DNA from: Eledone cirrhosa
Taxonomy: Eukaryota
Length of the DNA stretch: 64,000 nt
Assembly (NCBI GenBank): GCA_964016885.1
Contig: OZ024744.1
Location: 43,524,001 to 43,588,000 of the forward strand
Reading direction: 5' to 3'
In this document: in pieces, positions 50,263-64,000 of the stretch
Layout of the letters: the number at the start of each line of letters is the position of its first letter
How positions within the stretch are numbered: the first letter of the stretch is position 1
Position numbers and translations under genes: made by a program
Notes under the pieces: model-generated
What the model saw: the letters and a program-made list of their open reading frames with translations, nothing else
What the model was told of the DNA's origin: nothing
Database searches by the model: none

Positions 50263-51539
50263 TTCATATATTTTAAAATTATATAGCTTAGATATTTGAC
50301 ACTTATAGGATCGCAAACCATTTATTTATTTATTTGGAATCTGGTTCTTATCTTTTATGATTCATGAAATTTGATTTGTATATTTATAGTATATATGTAT
50401 TACATGATCCTAATATAATAATTGATGTAAAACCTTAATTTTAACAATATTAACAGTAACGTATTTATTATATTATATTATATATAACTGACTAATATCG
50501 TCTTAAACTTTAAACAATATACTCTTTGGATAAATTTAGACAAATGCGTATATCTAGTTTAATAAAGATCCTTATTAAGTATAATTATAAGGCCTTTGGA
50601 TAATTTAGGACATTCTAATTGTTAATTTTAAGTTTTTAAAGTTATAATTGTAATTACCTTCTAAATTATATAATGATTATTATTTTTTAATATAAAATCT
50701 CTTTAATATAATTTTTTTTTTAGATAATTTAATATGCATTACCTTTGGGATGAACAAAAATTAAGTCTCTTCTTTCTCATGTTTGCAAATACTTTAAGTA
50801 TGATATTATAAATTAAATATGATAGCATACTTATAAATTTTCATAGCCCGAAATATTATACCTTTAGATTAATTCAATATTTTGAATTAACATAAATGAT
50901 TCGAAATTTAACGGTCATCGGATACGTTTGGATATATATAATTGATTAGTAGTCTTTTTCTAATTAACTTAACGCCTCGAAATTAAACCCTCATATAACT
51001 ACACCCAGATATATTTAATATTTAGATTGATTGATTATTTCTAGATAATTCAAAGATTCGAAATTATTCTTTCACAAAGCTATGCCCAAATGTATATTTA
51101 TTTATTTATTTATATATATATATATTTGTTTTTTTTGCATCATCTAATTATACGCTATTTATCCACGACAATAGAAATCTCCCTCCCTATGCTTTATACT
51201 ATAACAATTCTTCTGCTTTGTCTCTCTATCCTTAATCAATTCTCTTTTGCTTTCGTGCATAAAACATTTCTATACTTCTCGTAACTATCTTTTTCCTTAT
51301 CTGTTTCTCTCTCTGTCTTTCTTCTTTCTCCAATGATTTAAATTATTTGAATCTCTAACAGTTATGTAAATTGTTATTATGTATTTTTATAAGCTTTCCC
51401 ACACGCATCCTCTGTATTATATGTAATTTTTTCATGTCTCAATCTTAAGGTATATAAATATTGAGTTTTGTCATATCTTATTCACTACCATGACTGAATC
51501 TTAACCATCTACTGAGTCAGGGTATGTCATGCATCATCT

Positions 51540-51606
51540 TATTTTATCTGATGTGGACGTACTGTTGAAGATAGCTCAGTTACTCTGACATATGTATAAT
51601 AAAATA
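51540..51606 (+). ncRNA. Hammerhead copy in the 3' pLTR with mutated core (CTGATGT, GACA)
   Basis: Homologue of 46906-46972. Confidence 0.55.
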
Positions 51607-51747
51607 TACTTGATCACACGAATGTCTAATTTTGTTAATATTTTGAATTAATATTAATAACTCCGGAAAACCATTTCTGTGGAGTGCTTCCAATTTATTG
51701 TAAAACTCATTCTTTGATTTATACATTGAACCTTGTTTAACCTTTAA

Positions 51748-51906
<159 letters not shown>

Positions 51907-52033
51907 CAAAATTAAGATAAATCAAATGAATTTAATCTAAATCAAAATTATGGGTGTCATGCCAGAAAGACATGCGCCATATCATCCGCAAAATAAGCTC
52001 TAAGATTCTAACGAATAGGTCCGAGCATTTTAT

Positions 52034-52825
<792 letters not shown>

Positions 52826-53026
52826 GTAGGAGGTGAGTTTTATTGTAGTACAATAAAGCAATGCAGATATCGGATAAGAAGCACTCTACAGTTTGTAGGA
52901 CTGGAGTATACATAATATATAAGATCAAAAAATGGTTAAGTATACATAATATATAAGATCAAAAGATGTTGATTTAAAACTGCACTATCCACAAGTGTTT
53001 TTTAGCCTTCATATCATGTCCTCCTG

Positions 53027-53093
53027 TTTTATCTGATGAAAACACAAATATTATTGCATGATGATGTTTGTTTTAGAAATGCGCATAATAAAA
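53027..53093 (+). ncRNA. Minimal type I hammerhead ribozyme in a 300-bp island
   Basis: TTTTAT-CTGATGA-long stem II-GAAA-palindrome TGCGCA-TA-ATAAAA. Confidence 0.7.
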
Positions 53094-53125
53094 TACATGG
53101 AACTCCTTTAACCATCTTTTGATCT

Positions 53126-53222
<97 letters not shown>

Positions 53223-53227
53223 TATAT

Positions 53228-54007
53228 AAAATACAATATGTTGAAAAGGTAACACACCAGAGAGAGATATACAGTGCGCTATCAATAAAACAGGGAAATA
53301 AACCACCAGTGTATGGAATCTATAACCTATGAAAGGCAGACTATAGACACGATAATAAAAAATATAAATTAAAGCGTAAATAAATACCTCTATAACTATA
53401 TAACACACGTACAAATCCAAAGATACTGATCCAAAGATATGTTTCACCAGTAATTTTTTGAAAGAAATGGGTTAGTCGGTTCATCACCGTGTGTAAGGCT
53501 ATACATTTCAGACAACACTAAGAGAATTTTAAAAGAGGCTGTCCAGCTACACGTGGGATAGAGAAGTCACAGCGTGTTTAAGGGCAGTGAACCAGTGGCC
53601 TCAGAGGAACGAACTGCTAGAAAGGGCAGCTCAAAACCACTCAGAGAGTGTGCTCAACCAAACAGATGTAGGAAAGACTGTTATTAGGAGCGAAATATCA
53701 CGATAAGTTAACGGAGGCATAGGCCCTCGCTATTCCCTGTAAATAAAGTGCTCAAAGGAGAAGAAATTCTGAGCTCTTTAAAATACAATATGTTGAAAAG
53801 GTAACACACCAGAGAGAGATATACAGTGCGCTATCAATAAAACAGGGAAAAAAACCACCAGTGTATGGAATCTATAACCTATGAAAGGCAAATAAATACC
53901 TCTATAACTATATAACACACGTACACATACAAAGATACTAATCCAAAGATATGTTTCACCAGTAATTTGTTGAAAGAAATGGGTTAGCCTCGGTTCATCA
54001 GCGTGTG
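53228..54007 (-). repeat. About 230-bp direct repeats (53228-53495, 53780-54007) with a hammerhead-like core
   Basis: Minus strand CTGATGA-ACC..GGT-GAAAC in copy 2 and GTGATGA in copy 1; stem I unconvincing. Confidence 0.6.
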
Positions 54008-54009
54008 TC

Positions 54010-56030
54010 GTCAATGAAGATTTCCTCAATCTCATTGCAGAAAGGCCTGTGAAAATAGCTCTCGCAGAACCTCCGACGCTTGTGGAGTTTGCAGTGGCTA
54101 TCTCGAAACTGAACTGTGGAAGGTCTCAAGGTATGGATGGCATACATGCAGAGCTCCTACAATATGGTGGTGAGAGATTCCTGCAACATCTTCACTCTTT
54201 GTTTGGCAGGATATGGGCTAATGAATCCGTACCTGAGGACTGGAGTGATGCAGTAATGGTGATCTTGTACAAGGGAAAGGGTAACAGGAATGATTATGGG
54301 AACTACAGAGGTATATCATTGCTTTCTATCATAGGGAAAGTTTTATGTAGGGTGCTTCTGGACCGTCTGCTGACACACATTGCAGATTGTGTTCTTCCTG
54401 AAAGTCAATCTGGTTTTCGTGCTGGACGCAGCACTACTGATATAATCTTCTCAGCTAGACAGCTCCAAGAGAAGTGCATGGTACAAGGTTTGGATCTGTA
54501 GCAGGTTTTTGTCGATCTGACAAACACTTTCGATACTGTTAATAGAAATGCATCATGGAAGGTTCTCCAGAAATTTGGTTGCCCTGATAAGTTCCTTTCT
54601 TTAGTTAGGTCTTTACATGACGACATGAAGGCTTTGGTTAATGTCGGAGGTAACATGTCGGAGCCTATCTCAGTAAAAAATGGCGTGAAACAGAGGGATA
54701 TTCCAGCACCGACCCTGTTTGCCATATACTTTGCAATAGTTTTCTATATTGCATTCAGGAAGTGCGAGCATGGTGTTTACATCCGATATCAAACATCAGG
54801 CGCTTTGCTGCAAAAACAAAAGTATTTACATCAATCATAAGAGACCTCTTGTATGCAGATGATTGCGATCTTGTAGTGCACGCAGAGAGTGAAATGCAGC
54901 ACATTTTAAATGCATTTTCTGATGCTTGCACTGTCCTAGGATTGACTGTCAGTCTCAAGAAAACCATCGTCATGTACCAACCTGCCCCTGGTAAGCAGTA
55001 CAGTGAACCAAATATCTATGTGTATGGTAAACGACATGGAGTGGTTGATCAGTTTGTCTACCTGGGAAGCACTGTCAATCGATACAGCAACCTTGATAAT
55101 GAAATCCAACTCAGGATTAGGAAAGCAAATGATGCTTTCGGAAAGCTAGAAAGGCGACTCTGGGGTCGGCGAGACATATGCAGGAGGACAAGGTAAAGCT
55201 CTACAAGGCATGTGTGCTCTCTTCTCTTCTTTATGCCTGCGAGACCTGGGTCACATATCGACACCACCTTAAGCAATTGGAGCGTTTCCATCAGATGTGC
55301 CTCAGACGGATCCATGGCGTTCACTGGAGGGACCACATCAGTGATGTCGAGATTTTGGAAAGCTCTCTGTGTGACAGTATAGAAGCTCCTGTGCTTAAGC
55401 AACGACTCCGTTGGAGTGGTCACCATGCCTGGATGAAGGATTCTAGAATACCAAAACAACTCTTCTATGGAGATTTAGTTAAAGGAAAACGACCTCCACA
55501 TAAACCAAAAGAGATGTATAAGTATTCGTTGAAAGCCTCTTTGAAAGACGTTAACATCTCTGCTGATACTTGGGAAAATATTGCTGCTGATCGTAATAAA
55601 TGGAGAAAGACTGTATATGAGGGAAAAGTTGCCTTTGAGGCATTACGAATTGCATATGAGAAAGTAAAGCGGGGTGTGAGGAAGGGCATTGCCGTTTCAT
55701 TTCCAGGCAGCGAAGGTCCTCCTATGGCGCTGACATGCAGCGTCTATGCGAGACTCTGCCTCAGGAAAGCTGGACTCGAAAGTCATCTTCACAGTCTGAA
55801 AGTAAGACCAGTGGTTGACTACCAGGCTGCTGTTGGAGATGCTACTCATCATGCCTGCCAAGCATGTAGCAGAGAGTGTAGATCAACAGGAGGCTCAAAC
55901 GACATGTAAAAGTACATGAACTCCAACCACAGCCAGCTATTCCCAGTAAATGTTTTGGTACCAACTGTGCAAGACATTTTAGATCATTGGCTGGGCTAAA
56001 AAGCTACAATTGATCGCAGAACCGTTAATT
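54010..56030 (+). mobile_element. RTE/BovB-like LINE, 5'-truncated (RT plus C2H2 tail)
   Basis: GMDGIHAEL, NYRGISLL, PESQSGFR, GVKQ, LYADD, FVYLGS and RIPKQLFYG motifs; same family as 41095-41991. Confidence 0.93.
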
Positions 56031-56033
56031 GTT

Positions 56034-56203
<170 letters not shown>

Positions 56204-56278
56204 TGTATGTGTATGTGTATATGTATATATAGATATGTATATGTGTGTGTGTATATATATATTTGTAATTGTTTTAAA

Positions 56279-56332
<54 letters not shown>

Positions 56333-56517
56333 GGTCTAATCGAACGTATTTTTCTCAGTCCCAGTAAGTCCCTTTATTTGCCTGTTAAAATTATTTGTTG
56401 TTAAATTTTTCTTGTTGTTTAAGGGATATAAACACTTAGACTTTGCCCTGTGAAAGGTCTTTTGGCCCAAATATTTGAACTTTTTTACATGTTAAAAAAT
56501 TTACGGAGAAAAAAAAC

Positions 56518-58474
56518 ATGGCTGAGCCACGCCCCCAGCGATATGTCGGCTGTCGTGCGACAACGACGTAGAAGTTGAGAGGAGCGCTACAGCGAAATTA
56601 ACACACATTGATAACACAAACACCACCTCAAACAATGTAAACAAAGACACCAATGATACCAATAAGAACTCTAATTTTGAAAAAAATGACAGTAACAGCG
56701 ACAACGAGAATACAGATAACAAAAAAAAAAATAACAAATGTAACAACAATATCAACACCACTAACATGAAAACAAATAGCGACAACACCAACAGCAACAA
56801 TACCAACTGCACCGAGAACAACGGTGGCAACAAAGACAACAATGATAACAGCGACAGTGCTAACAACAACACCAACAAGAACAACACCAACAACACCCCC
56901 AACGAAAACAAGAAGAACACTTTCGCTGCGGCAGCAGCAAAAAAGAGGCCATGCTTCAACATGGACCTCTCAAACAAAGATGAAAAGTTGGACCAGGCAT
57001 GGAAGCTCATCAAGCAAGAGCAAACATGGGCAAACTTAACTGTCCCGGTAGAAGCTATTGAGGCAGTGGGGTGCAGAACGGTGCATTATAGATGCATCTC
57101 AGCACAAACCAAAAGGGCAGCTTTAATCCCACAAGAAGATGTCGAAGTCGCGCTGAGGTGCATCAGAGAAGACACCGAATACATAGAGAGGGGCAGACAG
57201 TACGGCACCATTTCAGTGTTGTTCAAGTCAGAAGCCCTCGCTATGAAACACTCTATGACTCCTTGCAAAACCAGCAAGGTCATAATGTACCCCTCCCACA
57301 TGGGAAAAAGAACGGCCCGTCTCCGCATTCCCAGAAACCCACTAGGACTTGACATGTGATGGCTTCTTGGATGTGTGATTGTGGAGGGGACGGATACAGT
57401 CCCTATAGAAGTGACCAGAACGGCCAGAAAGGACTGGTCCGGGGTTGACCTGGATATACTTCCCCAGATCAGGCCCGAGAATGTGAAGACAATCCCAGAC
57501 CACATCCGCCTTCAAAATGGGACGGCCATTCACATTATGACCGAAGGCAAAAGGCCGCAGTGTTTTGTTTGTGGGGAAAAAACCCATTTGCGAGCCTTCT
57601 GCCCTCAACTGCTGAAAGAGGCAAGGGGTCGAAAGGCTCCACTGCAGCCGATGCCGGGGCGAGGACCACAACCAACAACAACAACAATAGAAAGACCACC
57701 ACCAACATTGACCACCCAAGAGGGAAACGAGGAAAGCTGTCACATTTCCCCTCCCCCCCAAAATACACACACCAATAAAACCATAAACATACATACAGAC
57801 ACACTTACAGACACAGACCCCTCATCTACCAGTAGTGAAGATGAGGGAAAACCCAAATCCCCCAAAATACAAAAAAGGAAACACAAAAAGAAAAAAATAA
57901 CTCAACAAAGCACAAAATCACCCACAATAAAAAACGCAGATACCACCCACGCAAACATCTCTCCAATAACACCAACATCAACACCACCATCACCATCACC
58001 AGAATCCCCCAAACACAAACAACCTCTAAACAGACGCTAGAACAAATATACAGACAAGCATCTGAAACCACAGACACCGCACTCACAACAAACACAGACA
58101 CAACCGAAACAACACCACCAAAACTATCACCACCACAGCCACGCAAACAAATAAAATCACACCAACAAAATATACAAAACTTCGTGATCGTCAGGAGGGC
58201 CAACAAGGAACTGATGGCCCTCGTAGCACGAAGTGAAAATATACAAAAAGAGGGGGAAATTTATAAATCGAGCACATTTCGCGTGCCGGAAGATTTGGTT
58301 CTGGTGCGAATGTCGATCAAATTATACAAAGAAATACGGAACAGCTTTCCTCGGGACGTGGGAACCCCGAACGTAAAACCAACTTCAAGACTTTTAAAGG
58401 GGTTCCCAAAAGAAACCCCACGAACTAGGGAGGTCGAACAACCCGACCTTCACAAGAGCCCGGAAGGTAAGTAA
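56518..58474 (+). pseudogene. Tx1 family 2 ORF1 (Asn-rich N-terminus, CCHC knuckle)
   Basis: ERGRQYGTISVLF parallels RRGQKYGTVDVFF; CFVCGEKTHLRAFC; internal stops and frameshifts. Confidence 0.88.
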
Positions 58475-58506
58475 ACCTTTCCTCTTTCTCTTTTTAACCT
58501 GCCAAC

Positions 58507-61500
58507 ATGGCCGTATTAAGAGTAGGATGTTTAAATGTTCGAGGCCTGGGATCGTCCTGGAAGCAGGGTTACCTGCTCAATGACCTCAGGTCTCTAGAAA
58601 TGGATGTAATTGCCGTCAGCGAGACCAGGATTTCCGACATGAGCGCACTACCCCCCATTTTCGACGACTATCAGATCTTTGCGTCTGTTAGCCGGCCGGG
58701 AATGGGAGGCGGGGTGGCAGTGCTGTTTAGGAAAGGCCTAGATCTCGAGGTAAGTTCGATCTTCTGGGACCCGGACGGGAAGTTGGTGGTCCTGGCCGTG
58801 AACAATAACGAAGGTGGTGCCTTTAGACTGGTGGCCGTCGATGCTCCTACTGCGGCAGGACGGCCGGACCTCTTTAGACGCCTGGAAGCCTTTCTGGGCA
58901 CGTCTCGCCCGTTACTGTTAGCGGGGACTGGAACGGCATCTTAGACGCACGCAGAGACTGTGTGGGAGTATCCATAGGAGCGTGGGTTCAAATCCCTCAA
59001 GAACCTAATCAGCCAGTTCCAACTGCCTGACAGATACCGACTAGATTTCCCTAATGCGCCAGTGTGGACCTGGGCTAACCGCATAGGGTCATCTAGATCG
59101 TATATAGACAGGATATTCAGTAGGAAAATAGACAGAAATAGTGTAAGCTGTCCACGTTTTGAAACGGTCGCCTATTCAGGTCACAAGTTGGTGATCTGTA
59201 TGGTCGACCTAGATAAGACGCGTAGGTTAGGACCTGGTTACTGGAAGCTAAACATGTCATTTCCGGCACGTAAGGCTTACAGGGACCAGGTCAACAATTT
59301 AGTTAAGGAAAAGTTGACAGCGGGAGTCGTCAACAATAGATGGTGGGGGGGGGGGGGCTCTCAAAAGAGAGATTAGAGTAATGTCGATAGAGTTTAGCAA
59401 AGAAGTAGCGTTAGAGAAAAATAGAAAGGAGGGGCAGTTGGTATATAAGTTAGACGAGGCTACTGGTAGTGGCATTGCAACTGACGTGCTAGCGGCGAGA
59501 ATGGCATTATACCATTTCTTCAATGCGAAACACGAAGGTTGCATTGTCAGAGCTAAGGCGCGTGCTCTGAGAAACGAGGGAACCAAAGCTGTTCGATGGG
59601 CCCGCGTGGCAGAGGCGCAGCTTGGTAATAAAACCACGATTCGGTCTTTGACGGACCGAGACGGACACGAGCTGAGCGATTCCAAGCGGATGTGATAAGC
59701 CTTTCGCCAACATTTTGCTCGGATGTTCGGGGGAAGTGGCGGGTCAGAGATGGTGGCGGACTTCAGTCCCTACCTCGATGGCTTGCCGCTACTCTCGACG
59801 GCTGTCGCTGGGCGCTGCGAAAGGCCAATCACTTCAGCCGAGATTCAGAATGCCCTTGTCGGCTGCATGAGGCGCAAGTCACCCGGTTTGGATGGTCTGC
59901 CCTACGAGTTTTACGTAAATATGCCAGACTTGTTCTCCAACCTCCTCGAAGCCCTCTACTGCAATTGGCAACAAAACGGGAGTACTCCCAGTTCTGTGAG
60001 CCGGGGCGTAGTGACGCTGATAAGGAAAGACGAGAACAAGATGGACACATTAGACAATTTCAGGCCCATAACTCTGCTTAACACAGAGTTTAAGATTTTG
60101 GCCAGGGTGTTAGCGAAGAGGTTGGCGCTTGTCGTCAGGGATTTGGTTGGGGAGGCGCAAACTTGCGCAATCCCAACCATGTCAATACACGACAACCTCC
60201 ACCTAATGCGATACATCATAGAGAAGGTAGGGTGTAAACCTGGCTTCGGTTGGGCTCTGATCAATTTAGATCAATCGAAAGCATTCGATAGGGTCGACCA
60301 TCGGTACCTGGAGGCTGTCCTCAAGGCGGCTGGCTTCGGCCCCGTCTTCAGAAGCTGGATCGCTGCAATGCACAGCGGCACCTGCTCGGTGGTCAAAATT
60401 AATTGCCTCCTCTCGGAACCGTTTCAGGTCTCCCGATCGGTCCGTCAAGGGTGCCCTCTCTCCTCCCTTCTGTACTCTCGAGCCTTTACTGCGGAAGCTG
60501 GAGCTGTTGCAGGGCATCCCGCTCGAACCGGGACGCGGAAAGGCTGTCTCGGCTTATGCAGACGATATTACTGTGATGGTGTCGGACACCTCAGAAATTG
60601 AGGTGGTCGGCAACTTATTGGAGGAATATGAAAGGTTGACGGGAGCAAAATTTAACTCGGAAAAGTCGGTGGGCTTGCAACACGGCACCTGGAGAGGCAA
60701 GTCCATGCCGTCCAACAGCGTCGTTAGGCGCTGGACGGACGGACCGGTAAAGTTTCTAGGGGTTTGGTTCGGGCCAGACCTCCAGGTGGATAAGAATTGG
60801 GATGAGGTGACGAGCAGGGTAGCCAGTCTCACCCAGAAATGGGCTGGGATGAAGCTATCACTGAAAGGTCGGGCTGAGGTGGCGAACGCGTACATCACGT
60901 CCGTCATCTACTACCGTCTGACCGTCGTCCCTTGCCCCGTACGCGCCTCGCCATCTTGGAGCGGCTCCTCTTCAAATTCTTGTGGAGGCGTCAGGTTCCG
61001 CTGGTGAGGCGGTCCATCTGCTGCCAGCACCCTCTACGTGGAGGGCTGGGCATGCCATGGCTAATGATGCGCAGGCACGTGCTGAGGCTGCGGCATCTCC
61101 AGATATTCTGCCTAAACGGTGAACAGGTGTGGTCGCCCTTTGTCAGATGGGCCTTTCCGCAGCTCGTTTCTTTGACTGAGTTGCAGTCCTGGGTCAAGAA
61201 GAGACCGAGACTGGGTGACTGGCATCTGGAATGTTGCCAGGCACTCACTGCCCTCTACCAGGCGGGCAATGCGGTCAGTGGAACTTCCACTCTCGAGTTC
61301 TATAGAGGATTAGTGGTGGGCAAGTGCGACGACGCACTCGGAGAGGCTCTGGGAGTCAACGAAGTCGAACTAACCAGTCTTTACCGGAGGACTTTCGAGC
61401 CGAAGACGATGGATAATTTCCAAAAATCCCTCGATTGGCAGTGTTACCGGGGGGCACTTCCGGTTCGAGATAAACTCTACAGGCACGCAAGTGCTGTCAG

Positions 61501-61805
61501 ACGGACCTGCCCGTCTATCGGCCAAGTCCATAGTGAAGATCGACCCGCCGCCTTCTTTTGGCCAGGAAGGGCAGGCAACTTTCCTCTGTCTGGTGGCAGT
61601 AGCGAAAGAGGTTGTATGGTGGACGAGGTTGAAAGATGTGAAGACAGACACTTTTCTCTTCGGCCATCAACTTTTTCAAGTTTCACTTGGAAAGAAAGGT
61701 GACGGTGGAGAGAGAAGTGCTGCCCCCAGTACATTTGCTGAAATGTGAGTGAATGTGGCGAGAATGGCCCGTGTGAGTGGGCCTACTCTTGTCATGCGGC
61801 TGTAG
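58507..61805 (+). pseudogene. Tx1 family 2 ORF2 (APE plus RT), frameshifted, with a deletion in the C-terminal CCHC
   Basis: LNVRG, VSET, YIDR, WKLN, KSPGLDGLP, RQGCPLS, AYADD and GGLGMP motifs. Confidence 0.93.
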
Positions 61806-62070
61806 GTAGGTAAATTTGAGGAGGAGAGAGGGTGCCCTTCCAGGGTGCTCCCGAAGCGTTGTGTCGTTCAGGATTGGTGGGATACCTGAGCGAACCCTGG
61901 GTGGTCATCCCCCCTATTGGGGAATTTTTTCTTGGTGTAATTTTCTTGTTCCTTTGTTATTGTGATTCATATTGTTTACTCTATTTTTCTGTAATACCCC
62001 ACTGTCCCAGTCTTTTGTATTGTTCCCTATATGTCGACCCTTGTGGCTAATAAAGGAAATAATAATAATA

Positions 62071-62118
<48 letters not shown>

Positions 62119-62119
<1 letters not shown>

Positions 62120-64000
62120 GCGACCTACGTACTAAATCGTATCATCGTGAGCTCCGCAAGGTTTGTTGTTTCCGTTTGTGAAAATTTGCCGTTTATGGAA
62201 ATTTTTTATTGTAAACTATATATAAGTGCACATACATTGTTTTCCGAAAAGGACACCCAAAAAGATTGGGGCTTTGTGCCCAAAATTTAAACTTTTATGA
62301 TTATCAAAAAATTTCTTTGAAAAAATCATGGCTGATTCACCTCTGCACCAAACAGCTGAGAGCCTTCCTCACAAACTAACACCTCACACTTGTAAATATT
62401 ACTACGTTTTCCAACACTAAAAATTTAAGCAGTAGCAATATTTTAAATTTGTCTTAGGCAGACATTCATTCCCCGCCATTACCAATGACTGCAGGTGTAA
62501 AAGCCGCCACTACTACCACCACCGCGACAACAGAAACAGAATAAAAAAATAAATTAACTCGTGATGTCGAAATGAATTCAATCAAAATGAACTCTTCCAC
62601 ACCGAACACCACTGACGCCACCACCACCACAACTGAAACTAAAATTAATAATAACAAAAATAACGATAACAACAACAGCAACAATGACATTAAGAAAACC
62701 ACCCTGATTTTTTCCAGAGTAGCAAAACAGTGCGAAGCATTTCAGGTAACTCAGGAGGAATTAGAAGATGCCAAAAAGATGGTAAAGAAAGATGGGTACA
62801 GGGTCAGCCTCACCCCCACCTAATAAAATGGACCATCGGCGCCTATGCACCGTGCCTTATCGAACAATTAATGTAAAATCGCGCCGAGTGGAACGGGCAT
62901 CCGAGTCCCAAATCCAAAAATCTTTGGGACATGTGTGGGCAAGAAAATCCCACATCAGACGTGGGCAGAAATATGGAACCGTGGACGTGTTCTTTGAAAC
63001 ACCAGAGGAGGCTAGAGAACACTCCATGGCCCCATTAAGAAGTGACGAATTCACACTCGTCCCAAGCTATTGTGGCCAGAGAATCGTAAAGATCAGGGTG
63101 ACCCACGTTCCACCGGCCATCGAAATTCCCTGGCTAATAACTGCCGTCCTCGCCAGCATCGAAGCCAACACCAAGATTATAGCAACAGCGAAAGAAAAGC
63201 AAGAGAACTGGTCTAGACCTGGGATGGAGCTCCTGATCCAAACGGACCAAAAAAGCATTGAGGTGATCCCAGAGGAAATAGACCTCACTGACGGCAGCCA
63301 CCTCACCGTATTCGTCGGGGGCAGAAGGCCTAGGTGTGTCGTTTGTGGTGAAGGAACCCACCTAAGGGCTTTTTGCCCTCAGGCTAAAAGGTTGAGGCCA
63401 CCTCTCCTACCCACACCAGTGACTCAACCATCAACACCACCAGCAGCAGAGATGACAGCAACAACTGTAGCAGCAACAACAGAAGCAACTATAACAGCAA
63501 CAACCCCAGCAACAGTAGCAAAACCAACACCACCACCACCCAACGCTTCAGAACTAGCACCAGCGCCTACACCATCCACCACGCCACAACCAAAACTAAC
63601 GCCTGTGGAGGATTCTCCACTCCCCGGCCTATCACAACTGGAGACAAATTGTGACGACGAGGAGTGGGAAACGGTATCAGGAAAAAAGAAAATAAGAAAC
63701 CAAATAAGAAAAAATTCTCTTCCTTCCCCCTCCAAAAACAAAATACAGAGGGAAACAAATAAACTATCAAACAAAAAGGTTAGGACAGACATGCCACATC
63801 CACACCAGCATCACCAAGCCCATCACCCCAAACACCAACACCATCACCATCATTAACCCCATCACCACCATCACCTACACCACAGAATTCACGAAAATGC
63901 GAAACAGAAACAAACCCACAACAAACGCAAACAAAACAAAACAACCAAAACGATACACACTACACAGCATTAAATTTGAAGACCAACCAATTATTACACT
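62119..64000 (+). mobile_element. Tx1-clade LINE copy E (family 1): 5' UTR plus ORF1, runs off-window
   Basis: 5' end AGCGACCTACGTAC matches copy A; ORF1 from about 62328 with CVVCGEGTHLRAFC. Confidence 0.95.

Larger units (their letters stand above)
56333..62058 (+). mobile_element. Tx1-clade LINE copy D (family 2): full-length, decayed
   Basis: Preceded by (ATT)n 56279-56332 and followed by (AAT)n(ATT)n; ORF1, ORF2 and 3' UTR with AATAAA. Confidence 0.95.

Overview
This is repeat-saturated eukaryotic DNA with no supportable host gene. The tRNA-headed SINE resembles the abundant octopus SINEs, so a cephalopod (octopod) source is likely but inferred. Content, all decayed: five Tx1-clade LINE copies (16.1-30.6 kb and 56.3-64 kb), two Penelope-like elements (34.1-38.6 kb and 43.5-51.7 kb), RTE, R4/Dong-type and CRE-type LINE fragments, a mariner fragment, non-autonomous Helitrons, at least seven SINE copies and many microsatellites. 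Almost all ORFs in the supplied track are microsatellite translations or alternative frames of these elements. Main signals read by eye: (1) a 465-bp non-coding tandem repeat carrying a type I hammerhead ribozyme in each unit, a retrozyme/circular-RNA candidate; (2) further minimal hammerheads, including one in each 175-bp arm of a fold-back element; (3) two diverged Tx1 families that both place AG|GTAAGT plus a pyrimidine tract across the ORF1 stop, so that a 52/59-nt intron would fuse ORF1 to ORF2 in frame; (4) Tx1 elements and the SINE share an (ATT)n insertion context and a similarly spaced 3' terminal motif; (5) an RTE LINE ending in three C2H2 zinc fingers. No database search or folding program was run.
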